NCBI GenBank assembly: GCA_026418175.1
Contig: JAOABX010000003.1
Coordinates: 117,084 to 181,083 of the forward strand
DNA length: 64,000 nt
DNA from: Flavobacteriales bacterium
GTDB taxonomy: Bacteria > Bacteroidota > Bacteroidia > CAIKAF01
Direction: 5' to 3'
Shown here in pieces: positions 18,211 to 27,339 of this stretch. A program made the translations under genes and the position numbers. Each line of letters starts with the position of its first letter. Within the stretch, counting starts at the first letter, position 1. The notes beneath the pieces are model-generated. The model did not search any database, was not told the origin of the DNA, and worked only from the letters and a program-made list of their open reading frames with translations.

Positions 18211-21200
18211 ATGTACGGGCATATTGCTGGTATGAAAAGATTTCTAATTTCATTTATAGTATTTGCTGTATTTACTGTTGCGGCAGTAATACTTTCAGGC
18301 ATAAGCAAAGGCCCTGGTTATTATAACCGAAAAACAAAAAAAATACAGAAAACGCTTTTTGAAAAAGAGGCGTATGCAAGCAGCTTGCTGCAGCAACTTG
18401 GTAAGGATTTTTACACTGACTCTTCGCGAAGCTTATTTTATTCCCGAAATCAAGGGCGTTACCGTACTATTAGCGAAAAAGGAATTAGTTTGTTTGCCTA
18501 TCATAAAGACTCTCTTATTTTTTGGACCACCAGCCATATCCCCGTTCCAGCCTATTCATTTGATGAAGATTTTTTATTTGATGTAGTTAAGCTAAAAAAT
18601 GGATGGTACCGATTGATTAAATATCGAAATCAAGATTTATTGCTTCTAGGCCTAATTCTGATTAAACATGATTATTTTATCAACAATGAGTTTTTAAAAG
18701 ACAAATTTCACCCTGATTTTGAAATTCATGAGGCCTGCGAATTAACTTTTGAAGAGGGAGATTCAAATTATGAAATTAAAGATACCGACGGCTCTTTTCT
18801 TTTTGGATTGTTATTTCGTAAGGAAAAACAAAACATGCTGCGATATCCTGTACTTTCAGGGATATTTTTTTTTATTGCAATTCTTTTGTTTTTTATTGTT
18901 GGATACTTTGCCCAGTTTATTCCATTTTTCTTATCCAGGCCTTGGCTACATTTTCTATTTTTAGTTCTTATTGTTGTATTTGTTAGGTATGTAAATGTAG
19001 TTTACAAATGGCCGAAGGTATTATACCAATTACCGCTATTTGACCCGATTCATTTTGCCAGTTCTTGGTGGCTCCCTTCGTTGGGAGATTTTATTTTACA
19101 TGCGATTGCTGTTAGCGTCCTATTGATTTTATTATTTAAATATCTTAAAAATGTACGATTGAAGCAAACTTCTCCTCATCAGGTTATTGGTTGGGTTTAT
19201 TTATTTTCTTTTATTTTATCTTTTTCCTCCTGGATTGTGTTTGAACTATTCAGAAGTTTGATATTTGACTCTAGTATTTCTTTTGACCTTTCCAATTTAC
19301 TTGTTCTTGATGTATATAGTTTTATAGGATTTGGCGTGATTACGCTCATGCTTTTAAACTATCTACTGGCTGTTTATTTTTTTACTCGTACCCTAGTTTT
19401 ACTTCGTAAATTATCGTTTTGGGAAATTGCACTTCACGCAGGAGTGGCATTTTCGCTGGGAGGGCTTATTCAGTCAGCATTTATGCATTATAACGTATTA
19501 GCTTTGTTTTTTCCATACCTCATTTTTATTTCGGTACTCGCAATTCACTCCAGTAAAAAGCCCGAAATTAGTTTTTATACTTTTTCGCCCACTATCCTGG
19601 TATTTACTGTGTATGCTACGTATTTGCTTTTTATGCTAAATAATGAAAAAGAACATGAGAAGCGGCAGGTTTTGGCCTTTAAAATTTCTGAAGAACAGGA
19701 TCATGTGGCGGAATTTCTTTTTATCGAAGCAGAAGATAAAATGAAGAAAGATGCGGAGTTGAAAAGAATGCTTTTTGAAAATGATGTATATTACCCCAAA
19801 GAATTTTTTGAACGTATTGCTCAAAATTATTTTAGCGGATATTGGTCAAAATATATTCTCCATATTACGCCGTTTAATATGAACGATTATCGGCTCTTGG
19901 CTGATTCACTTCGTGCTGATCCACAATTACGGTATTATGAAAATGCAATTACTTTGTTTGGAAAACCTACGGCTAGTCCATCCCTATATTTTATTGATAA
20001 TAATGTTGGAAAGATTAATTACCTCGCTAAAATTGAATTTGTAAAGCAATTGCCGCTTGGATTTGAGAAAAAAGTAATCTTTATAGAATTTATTTCAAAA
20101 ATTGTTACACAAGTTACCGGTTTCCCGGAACTACTCTTGGATGAATCTATTACAAGGCCCGTTGAAATCGGGTCTTATTCTTATGCCATTTATAAAGCAT
20201 CTGAATTAAACGTATCAGGCGGAGAATTTGCTTATCCACTAAATATGGATGAGTTTAATAAAGTTTCTGATGAAATAGGATATATACGTAGCCGTGGATT
20301 TGAACATCTAGTATATCGCACACCGGGTGGGAAAGTGGTTGTAATCAGTAAACCTCAGTTGCGTTGGCAGGATTTTCTCAGTCCGTTTGCCTATTTATTA
20401 ATTTATTTTTCGTGTATTTTATTACTTTATCTTATTTATAGGTATTACTTCCTAAGTGATAATCGCGTTCTGCAGTTAAATTTTAAAACTCGTATTCAGT
20501 TTTCTATCTTATCAATTCTGCTTATTTCACTGGTTGTTGTGGGGCTTGGTATTAATAACTATGTCATTACACAGTTTAATCGAAAAAATAAACTTGCGAT
20601 TAATGAAAAACTTAATTCAATATTAACTGAGCTTCGAGTTCGTATTGAGGAGCAGGAAGAAGAAGTGCTTGATGAAAATTATATTAACTACTTGCTTCGA
20701 GGTTTTTCAAATGTATTTTTTACAGACATAAATCTTTATAGCCCCAATGGTACCTTGCTCGCCACATCACGTGAATCTGTTTATAACGAAGGATTATTAT
20801 CGCGGCAAATGGATCCGGAAGCTTTTTATGAAATGACCATTCGGAAGCAACCCCGATATATTCATCAGGAAAAAATCGGAGAATTTAGTTATTTAAGTGC
20901 TTACGCTGCTTTTCGTAATGGCAGCAATGAGATTATTGGCTATCTGAATTTGCCGTATTTTCTTCGACAAAAAGAATTGGGTGAAGAATTAGCCTCTTCG
21001 TTGTTGGCACTTATTAATATATACAGTTTATTGATTGCTGTTTCAATGCTAGTTACATTTGTTATTGCCAATCGCCTTACTGAGCCACTTACCATTCTTC
21101 AGGAAAAAATAGGAAAAATAAAATTGGGAAGAAAAAATGAAATGATTGACTATACTGCCAATGATGAGATTGGCAGTTTGGTAAATGAATACAATCGTAT

Positions 21201-21918
21201 GATCAAAGAACTGGAAGCCAGTGCTGAACTTTTGGCTCGTTCAGAACGTGAAACAGCCTGGCGTGAAATGGCTAAACAGGTGGCGCATGAAGTAAAAAAT
21301 CCGCTAACTCCTATGAAGTTGAGCGTGCAATACCTGGTAAAAGCGTGGGATGATAAACGTCCTGATTTTGATGAACGCCTCCGAAAATTTAAAGATGCCA
21401 TGATCGAACAAATAGAAACACTTTCGGCCATAGCAAGTGAATTCTCCTATTTTGCAAAAATGCCTACGGCCATTAAAACAGAAGTAGATTTGGTAGAAAT
21501 GCTTACCAACTGCCTGGAGTTTTTTAGAAACAATGAACACAATGTATCAATACGCTTAGATTTGGGATCTATAAAAAAAGCGTTGATTTTAGCAGACAGG
21601 GATCAGATGCTACGAGTGTTTAATAACCTAATACGAAATGCCATTCAAGCCATACCAGAAGGCCGGCAGGGAGAAATTATCATCCGTTTATTGAAGGAAG
21701 GGGATTATTATATTGCTATAGTAAAAGATAACGGGGTAGGAATACCAGAAGAATTAAGGGATAAAATTTTTGCTCCCAATTTTACCACAAAGAGTTCAGG
21801 CATGGGACTTGGATTGGCTATGACAAGAACCATAATTGAAAACATGGAAGGAGAAATAAGTTTTGAAACCGAACTTGGTAAAGGAACGGAATTTAAGGTA
21901 AAACTTAAAGCAATATAA
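18211..21918 (+). CDS. Giant multi-pass membrane sensor histidine kinase (N-terminal ~7-TM region, second TM-flanked periplasmic sensor domain, HAMP, HisKA, HATPase_c)
   Basis: HisKA H-box HEVKNPLTPM; N-box LIRNAIQA; G-boxes DNGVGIP and GMGLGLAM; a HAMP-like linker after the TM at ~aa 935-955; at least 10 hydrophobic TM segments in the first 760 aa. No response regulator is encoded nearby. Confidence 0.8.
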   Translation: MYGHIAGMKRFLISFIVFAVFTVAAVILSGISKGPGYYNRKTKKIQKTLFEKEAYASSLLQQLGKDFYTDSSRSLFYSRNQGRYRTISEKGISLFAYHKDSLIFWTTSHIPVPAYSFDEDFLFDVVKLKNGWYRLIKYRNQDLLLLGLILIKHDYFINNEFLKDKFHPDFEIHEACELTFEEGDSNYEIKDTDGSFLFGLLFRKEKQNMLRYPVLSGIFFFIAILLFFIVGYFAQFIPFFLSRPWLHFLFLVLIVVFVRYVNVVYKWPKVLYQLPLFDPIHFASSWWLPSLGDFILHAIAVSVLLILLFKYLKNVRLKQTSPHQVIGWVYLFSFILSFSSWIVFELFRSLIFDSSISFDLSNLLVLDVYSFIGFGVITLMLLNYLLAVYFFTRTLVLLRKLSFWEIALHAGVAFSLGGLIQSAFMHYNVLALFFPYLIFISVLAIHSSKKPEISFYTFSPTILVFTVYATYLLFMLNNEKEHEKRQVLAFKISEEQDHVAEFLFIEAEDKMKKDAELKRMLFENDVYYPKEFFERIAQNYFSGYWSKYILHITPFNMNDYRLLADSLRADPQLRYYENAITLFGKPTASPSLYFIDNNVGKINYLAKIEFVKQLPLGFEKKVIFIEFISKIVTQVTGFPELLLDESITRPVEIGSYSYAIYKASELNVSGGEFAYPLNMDEFNKVSDEIGYIRSRGFEHLVYRTPGGKVVVISKPQLRWQDFLSPFAYLLIYFSCILLLYLIYRYYFLSDNRVLQLNFKTRIQFSILSILLISLVVVGLGINNYVITQFNRKNKLAINEKLNSILTELRVRIEEQEEEVLDENYINYLLRGFSNVFFTDINLYSPNGTLLATSRESVYNEGLLSRQMDPEAFYEMTIRKQPRYIHQEKIGEFSYLSAYAAFRNGSNEIIGYLNLPYFLRQKELGEELASSLLALINIYSLLIAVSMLVTFVIANRLTEPLTILQEKIGKIKLGRKNEMIDYTANDEIGSLVNEYNRMIKELEASAELLARSERETAWREMAKQVAHEVKNPLTPMKLSVQYLVKAWDDKRPDFDERLRKFKDAMIEQIETLSAIASEFSYFAKMPTAIKTEVDLVEMLTNCLEFFRNNEHNVSIRLDLGSIKKALILADRDQMLRVFNNLIRNAIQAIPEGRQGEIIIRLLKEGDYYIAIVKDNGVGIPEELRDKIFAPNFTTKSSGMGLGLAMTRTIIENMEGEISFETELGKGTEFKVKLKAI

Positions 21919-21968
21919 CAGCCCATTTTTTTTAAATTATTATCATTGCATCATTAATATTATAGCTT

Positions 21969-22751
21969 ATGTCGTATAAAAATATTATCTCAGTAAAACA
22001 AGATGGTGTTTGTTTGCTTACAATCAATCGGCCTGATAAACTTAACGCCCTCAATAAAGAAACTATTGCAGAAATTAGCCATTGTGTAAGCACGTGTGGC
22101 ACGAATGATGAAGTGAAGGTGATAATTATTACTGGCTCTGGCGAAAAGGCATTTGTGGCTGGAGCTGATATTTCAGAGTTTGCTCATTTTGATAAGGAAA
22201 ACGGGAAAAAATTGAGTGCAGAAGGCCATGAAAAACTTTTTGATTTGGTTGAAAATACATCCAAGCCGGTAATTGCTGCTATCAATGGCTTTGCTTTAGG
22301 AGGTGGGTTAGAGTTGGCCATGTCATGTCATATACGCTATGCTTCAGAAAATGCAAAGTTGGGGTTGCCAGAAGTTTCGCTGGGAGTAATTCCGGGGTAT
22401 GGAGGAACGCAACGTTTACCACGCTTGGTAGGTAAAGGCAGAGCCATGGAAATGATTTTTACAGGTGGAATGATTACAGCAGCAGAAGCAGCACAATATG
22501 GTTTGGTGAATAAAGTCGTTCCTCAGACAGAGTTGATATCAGCTTGTATGGAATTAGCACAAAAAATAATGAGAAACTCACCTTCTGCTATCGCACAGGC
22601 AATACGTGCAGTAAATGCTGGGTACAGGCATGATATAAATGGTTTTGAAGTAGAAATAGAGTCCTTTGGAAATTGTTTTGATTCTGCTGATTTTAAAGAA
22701 GGCACTACTGCCTTCCTTGAAAAAAGGAAGCCCCAGTTTACCGGTAAATAA
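21969..22751 (+). CDS. Enoyl-CoA hydratase/isomerase (crotonase family)
   Basis: 260 aa; motifs ITGSGEKAFVAGADISEF and AAINGFALGGGLELAMSCH (oxyanion hole). Confidence 0.8.
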   Translation: MSYKNIISVKQDGVCLLTINRPDKLNALNKETIAEISHCVSTCGTNDEVKVIIITGSGEKAFVAGADISEFAHFDKENGKKLSAEGHEKLFDLVENTSKPVIAAINGFALGGGLELAMSCHIRYASENAKLGLPEVSLGVIPGYGGTQRLPRLVGKGRAMEMIFTGGMITAAEAAQYGLVNKVVPQTELISACMELAQKIMRNSPSAIAQAIRAVNAGYRHDINGFEVEIESFGNCFDSADFKEGTTAFLEKRKPQFTGK

Positions 22752-22755
22752 AGAT

Positions 22756-24045
22756 TTACCGAGTTACTGTAATCAAGTGATATTCTTTTTTACCTTTTTG
22801 TATTAACAGAAATTTGTTTTTAAGTAATTGTGTTTCGTTTAAAACAAAAGATTCATTGATTTTTTGTTTGTTTATGCTTACTCCATTGGCTTGAATCATT
22901 CGACGGGCTTCTCCTTTGGATGGAAAAACCTGTGTATGCTGAGAAAGAAAATCAATAATAGAAGAAGATAAAAGCAAATCCAGAGAAATTTGATGTTGAG
23001 GAACTCCTTTGAAAATATCCAGAATTTCAGATTCTTCTAATTGCTGTAATTGCTCTGTTGTTCCTTTACCAAATAGAATTTCACTAGCAGTAACGGCTTT
23101 GTTATATGCTTCACGATGATGAACCATTACAGTAACTTCTTCGGCCAATTTTTTCTGTAAAATCCTCAAGTGAGGTGCATTACGGTGTGCTTCAATTAAC
23201 GCTTCAATTTCTTCTCTATTTAAAAATGTGTAAATTTTGATGTAACGTTCCGCATCTTCATCGGCTACATTTAACCAAAACTGATAAAATTCATAGGGTG
23301 AGGTCAACTTGGCATCGAGCCAAATATTGCCTTTTTCGGTTTTACCAAACTTGCTTCCATCTGATTTAGTAATGAGTGGAGTGGTAAATGCAAATGCTTC
23401 GTGGCCACCTAATCTACGAATGAGTTCAGTACCGGTGGTCATGTTTCCCCACTGATCAGCTCCTCCCATTTGCAGCTTACAGCCCTTGTGTTTATTAAGC
23501 CAATAAAAATCATACCCTTGCAACAACTGATAACTGAATTCAGTAAATGAGATTCCGGTTTCAAGACGTTTTTTTACTGAATCTTTTGACATCATATAAT
23601 TTACTGTGATGTGTTTTCCTACATCCCGAATAAAATTCAAAAAACTCATGTCTTTAAACCAGTCATAATTATTTGCCAACTCTGCCGGGTTTTCTTTGCA
23701 AGTGAAATCCAAAAATTTTTCTAATTGTTTTTTTACTCCTGCTACATTTTTTTGTAGCGTTTCGGCATCCAGAAGGTTTCTCTCTTCACTTTTTCCTGAT
23801 GGGTCTCCTACCATTCCGGTTGCTCCACCTACCAGCGCAATGGGTTTATGGCCTGCCCGCTGTAAATGAACCAATAATAATATAGGAACCAAGCTTCCAA
23901 TATGTAACGACTCAGCTGTAGGATCAAATCCGATGTACCCAATAGTTACTTCTTTATTGAGTTGTTCTTGCGTGCCAGGCATAATATCCTGAATCATTCC
24001 ACGCCAGGTTAGTTCTTCAATCAAATCGTATTTAGGTGTCCCCAT
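22756..24045 (-). CDS. tyrS: Tyrosine--tRNA ligase
   Basis: HIGH motif (SLHIGSLVP), KMSKS-like KFGKT, C-terminal S4 domain; 429 aa. Confidence 0.9.
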   Translation of the reverse strand: MGTPKYDLIEELTWRGMIQDIMPGTQEQLNKEVTIGYIGFDPTAESLHIGSLVPILLLVHLQRAGHKPIALVGGATGMVGDPSGKSEERNLLDAETLQKNVAGVKKQLEKFLDFTCKENPAELANNYDWFKDMSFLNFIRDVGKHITVNYMMSKDSVKKRLETGISFTEFSYQLLQGYDFYWLNKHKGCKLQMGGADQWGNMTTGTELIRRLGGHEAFAFTTPLITKSDGSKFGKTEKGNIWLDAKLTSPYEFYQFWLNVADEDAERYIKIYTFLNREEIEALIEAHRNAPHLRILQKKLAEEVTVMVHHREAYNKAVTASEILFGKGTTEQLQQLEESEILDIFKGVPQHQISLDLLLSSSIIDFLSQHTQVFPSKGEARRMIQANGVSINKQKINESFVLNETQLLKNKFLLIQKGKKEYHLITVTR

Positions 24046-24123
24046 AAGTACATTTTGCGCAAAAGTAACGAAACAAATTCACTGCTATTGATATTGTATT
24101 AGTTTTGTAAAAAACTCTTTGTA

Positions 24124-25149
24124 TTGATACTGGTTACCGGAGGCACAGGATTTTTAGGGGCACATCTTTTGGTGCAGCTTACAAATGAGGGCTTGCCAGT
24201 GCGTGCTATCAAACGTTCGGAATCGTCTTTAGCTTTTGTAAAACAGATTTTTCAATTATATGCCACCGATTATATAAAACAATGGGAATTAATTAAGTGG
24301 GAAGAAGCTGATTTGCTTGATATTTTTCAATTAGAAGATGCGTTAGAAGGGGTCAATCAGGTGTATCATTGTGCAGGAAAAGTTTCGTTTGTACCTTCTG
24401 CACGAAGTGAGCTAATGGCCGTTAATGCACGTGGTACAGCCAACTTGGTTAATGTTTGTTTAAACATTCCTAACATCCGCCTGTGTCATGTAAGCAGCAT
24501 TGCTGCTATTGGAAGGAGCCGATTGGATGAAGTAATTGCTGAAGATCGTTTTTGGAAAAACGACCCCAATAATTCCTGGTATGCCATGAGTAAATATCAG
24601 GCAGAAAGGGAAGTATGGAGAGGAATAGAAGAAGGATTAAATGCTGTTATTGTAAATCCTGCCGTGATTTTGGGCGTTTGTAACTGGCAGGAAGGAACCG
24701 GCCGTATGTTTTCTCAGGTATGGAATGGATTGAGATTTTATACCCAAGGTGTTACAGGGTGGGTTGATGTAAATGATGTAGCAAGGGCCATGATTTTGCT
24801 GATGAAAAGTAACATTGTAGCAGAAAGATATATTTTGAGCGAAGGAAATCATTCATATCACGAAATTTTTAACTTAATTGCTGATTATTTAGGTAAAAAA
24901 CGTCCCAATATCAAAGCGCCTTCATTTCTTACAAATCTTGCTTGGAGAATAGAATCATTACGTTCAATTTTTGCCGATAAAGAGCCTTTAATTACAAAAG
25001 AGTCTGCACGAACAGCTACTCTTTCTTGCTTTTACGATAATAGCAAGCTAATTAGAGAATTTGGTTTTTCTTATACTCCCATTGAAACTACAATTCAAAA
25101 TACTGCAAGGGTTTATCTTAAAAAGTTCCAATCAGAAATTTATTATTAA
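24124..25149 (+). CDS. NAD-dependent epimerase/dehydratase family (SDR) protein
   Basis: TTG start; N-terminal Rossmann ILVTGGTGFLGAHL; catalytic YxxxK (YAMSKYQAE). Confidence 0.7.
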   Translation: MILVTGGTGFLGAHLLVQLTNEGLPVRAIKRSESSLAFVKQIFQLYATDYIKQWELIKWEEADLLDIFQLEDALEGVNQVYHCAGKVSFVPSARSELMAVNARGTANLVNVCLNIPNIRLCHVSSIAAIGRSRLDEVIAEDRFWKNDPNNSWYAMSKYQAEREVWRGIEEGLNAVIVNPAVILGVCNWQEGTGRMFSQVWNGLRFYTQGVTGWVDVNDVARAMILLMKSNIVAERYILSEGNHSYHEIFNLIADYLGKKRPNIKAPSFLTNLAWRIESLRSIFADKEPLITKESARTATLSCFYDNSKLIREFGFSYTPIETTIQNTARVYLKKFQSEIYY

Positions 25150-25279
25150 ACAATTTTTACTGATTAGATAATTCACCTATTATAAAACTTAGTTTTTACC
25201 AGCTGTTTCTTAATTTTTATATGCTAAACACTTGCATTTTTCTATGTTTTTATTAAACTTAGTATTTTGATTAGCCCAT

Positions 25280-27265
25280 ATGAAAGATTTTAAAAAAATA
25301 TTTTCTGTTTCATTCATTGCAGTTTTGTTTGCTTCGTATGTCTTAATAAATTCAATGAATGAATTAGGATTTTACCGTTCCGACTCCTTGCAAAACTTTG
25401 TTGAAGAGCCTGTTGATAATTCATTTCATACAAATAAAGAAAAGCAAGTATTAAAGAAATTATTAAGTAACCGTTCAGTATTGGAACCCGGTCAATATTT
25501 TCATAATTCGCAGTTATGTGGTACTTGCCACGGGTATGATCCTACCGGAAATTCCAGCCATGATTCACAAGGAAATGATGTGAATTTGCACGATGATTGG
25601 ATGTCAAGTATGATGGCACTATCGGCCAAAGATCCTTTCTGGAGAGCTAAGGTAAGTCACGAAATATTAGTAAATCCTGGAATTTCATTAGAAATTCAAA
25701 ATAAATGTACTTCTTGCCATGCACCCCAGGGTCATTATACCGCTTTATTTAATGGACAGACGCATTATACCTTGGCTGATTTGTATAATGATACGTTAGG
25801 ACTTGATGGGGTTTCTTGTGTTGCATGTCATTCAATTGGTCCCAATGGATTGGGCAATATGTTTACCGGTCATATCCCCTATGATACGTTGTTTCAACTT
25901 TATGGGCCATTCATAGACCCATTAACCGGCCCCATGCAACTATACACAGGCTTTACTCCTACATATAGCCCACATGTAAGCGAGGGAAGATTTTGTTCTC
26001 CTTGTCATACACTAATAACTCAATCAGTTGATTTAAACGGAATTCCTACAGGCAGATCTTTCGTAGAGCAAGCAACCTATCATGAATGGGTTAATTCTAA
26101 TTTTTCATTGGATTATATAAGTTGCCAGCAATGCCACATGCCACGCTTACAAGATAGTATTATTATTGCTAAAGACATGTCAACCAAACGATTCCCCTTC
26201 AATCAGCATATTTTTATGGGTAGTAACGAATTTATGCTGAAACTAATTAAAAATAATAAAGCTGATTTGGGCGTGGAGGTACCTGATTCAAATTTTGATT
26301 CAACCATCGAGGCCACATTGGTTAATTTACAGCAAAAAACATTAACCATGGACTTGATTGTTGATAGTGTTACGTTTGACACAGCATATTTTTCTGTGAA
26401 ATTGGTAAATCTGGCTGGGCATAAATTTCCATCCGGTTATCCTAGCCGTAGAGCAATTTTACAATTTGCGGTAGTAACATTGACCGGCGATACATTATTT
26501 AAATCCGGTTTTTTTGATGGTAACTATGAAGTACAAGGGATAAATTCAACGTTTGAACCGCATTATGATATTATTTCTCAACCTGATCAGGTTCAAATTT
26601 ATGAAATGGTGATGGGGGATGTTAATGGAAATAAAACTACAGTATTATTACGAGCAGATACCATGCTGAAAGATAACCGATTAGTGCCGGAGGGCTTTTC
26701 AACTTCACATCCTGTGTATGATACAACCCGAATTATATTGGGTATTGCAGATGACGATTTTAATAAGTTTAATAATGGTAATGAAGGGAGTGGTTGGGAT
26801 ATTATTCAGTACAGGGTGCCAATCAACGGATATAGTCAGCCATTCAATGTAGTGTCACGGATTTATTATCAGGCTGTACCTCCTGGTTATCTTGCTGAAA
26901 TGTTTAGCCATACGAGCAATGAAATTGATCTTTTTAAAGATTTGTATACAGCGGCTGATAAAGAGCCGGTGCTGATGGCAGAAAGAACCATTCAAGGAAT
27001 TGCCCTTAGTGTTCAAAATCAACCGCAAATAGCTCCTACCATTTGGCCTGATCCTACTTCCGATGGTTGGATTAATATTCGTTGGAAAGATATTCAAGCC
27101 GATGAAGTGGTGGTTATGAATGCAAATGGGCAGATCGTTACAATTTATCACATTCAGCCAGGAATTCAAACAGTTAGAATCCAACTTCCGGAATCATCTG
27201 GCATATATTTGGTTGATGTGCGTGCTTCTGGAAGGCGGTCTGTACAAAAGGTTATCCGAAAATAA
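25280..27265 (+). CDS. Secreted pentaheme c-type cytochrome with a type A T9SS C-terminal sorting domain
   Basis: N-terminal hydrophobic signal/anchor; five CXXCH motifs in the first ~300 aa (CGTCH, CTSCH, CVACH, CSPCH, CQQCH); a ~280-aa middle region with no cysteine motifs; C-terminus IWPDPTSDGWINIRW...GIYLVDVRASG is a T9SS CTD. Confidence 0.65.
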   Translation: MKDFKKIFSVSFIAVLFASYVLINSMNELGFYRSDSLQNFVEEPVDNSFHTNKEKQVLKKLLSNRSVLEPGQYFHNSQLCGTCHGYDPTGNSSHDSQGNDVNLHDDWMSSMMALSAKDPFWRAKVSHEILVNPGISLEIQNKCTSCHAPQGHYTALFNGQTHYTLADLYNDTLGLDGVSCVACHSIGPNGLGNMFTGHIPYDTLFQLYGPFIDPLTGPMQLYTGFTPTYSPHVSEGRFCSPCHTLITQSVDLNGIPTGRSFVEQATYHEWVNSNFSLDYISCQQCHMPRLQDSIIIAKDMSTKRFPFNQHIFMGSNEFMLKLIKNNKADLGVEVPDSNFDSTIEATLVNLQQKTLTMDLIVDSVTFDTAYFSVKLVNLAGHKFPSGYPSRRAILQFAVVTLTGDTLFKSGFFDGNYEVQGINSTFEPHYDIISQPDQVQIYEMVMGDVNGNKTTVLLRADTMLKDNRLVPEGFSTSHPVYDTTRIILGIADDDFNKFNNGNEGSGWDIIQYRVPINGYSQPFNVVSRIYYQAVPPGYLAEMFSHTSNEIDLFKDLYTAADKEPVLMAERTIQGIALSVQNQPQIAPTIWPDPTSDGWINIRWKDIQADEVVVMNANGQIVTIYHIQPGIQTVRIQLPESSGIYLVDVRASGRRSVQKVIRK

Positions 27266-27339
27266 TCTATCAAATATTTGGTTTTTAGTAATTTATTTAT
27301 AAACTTAGTATTCTAGTCTAATCTAATACCTCTTCGCTT

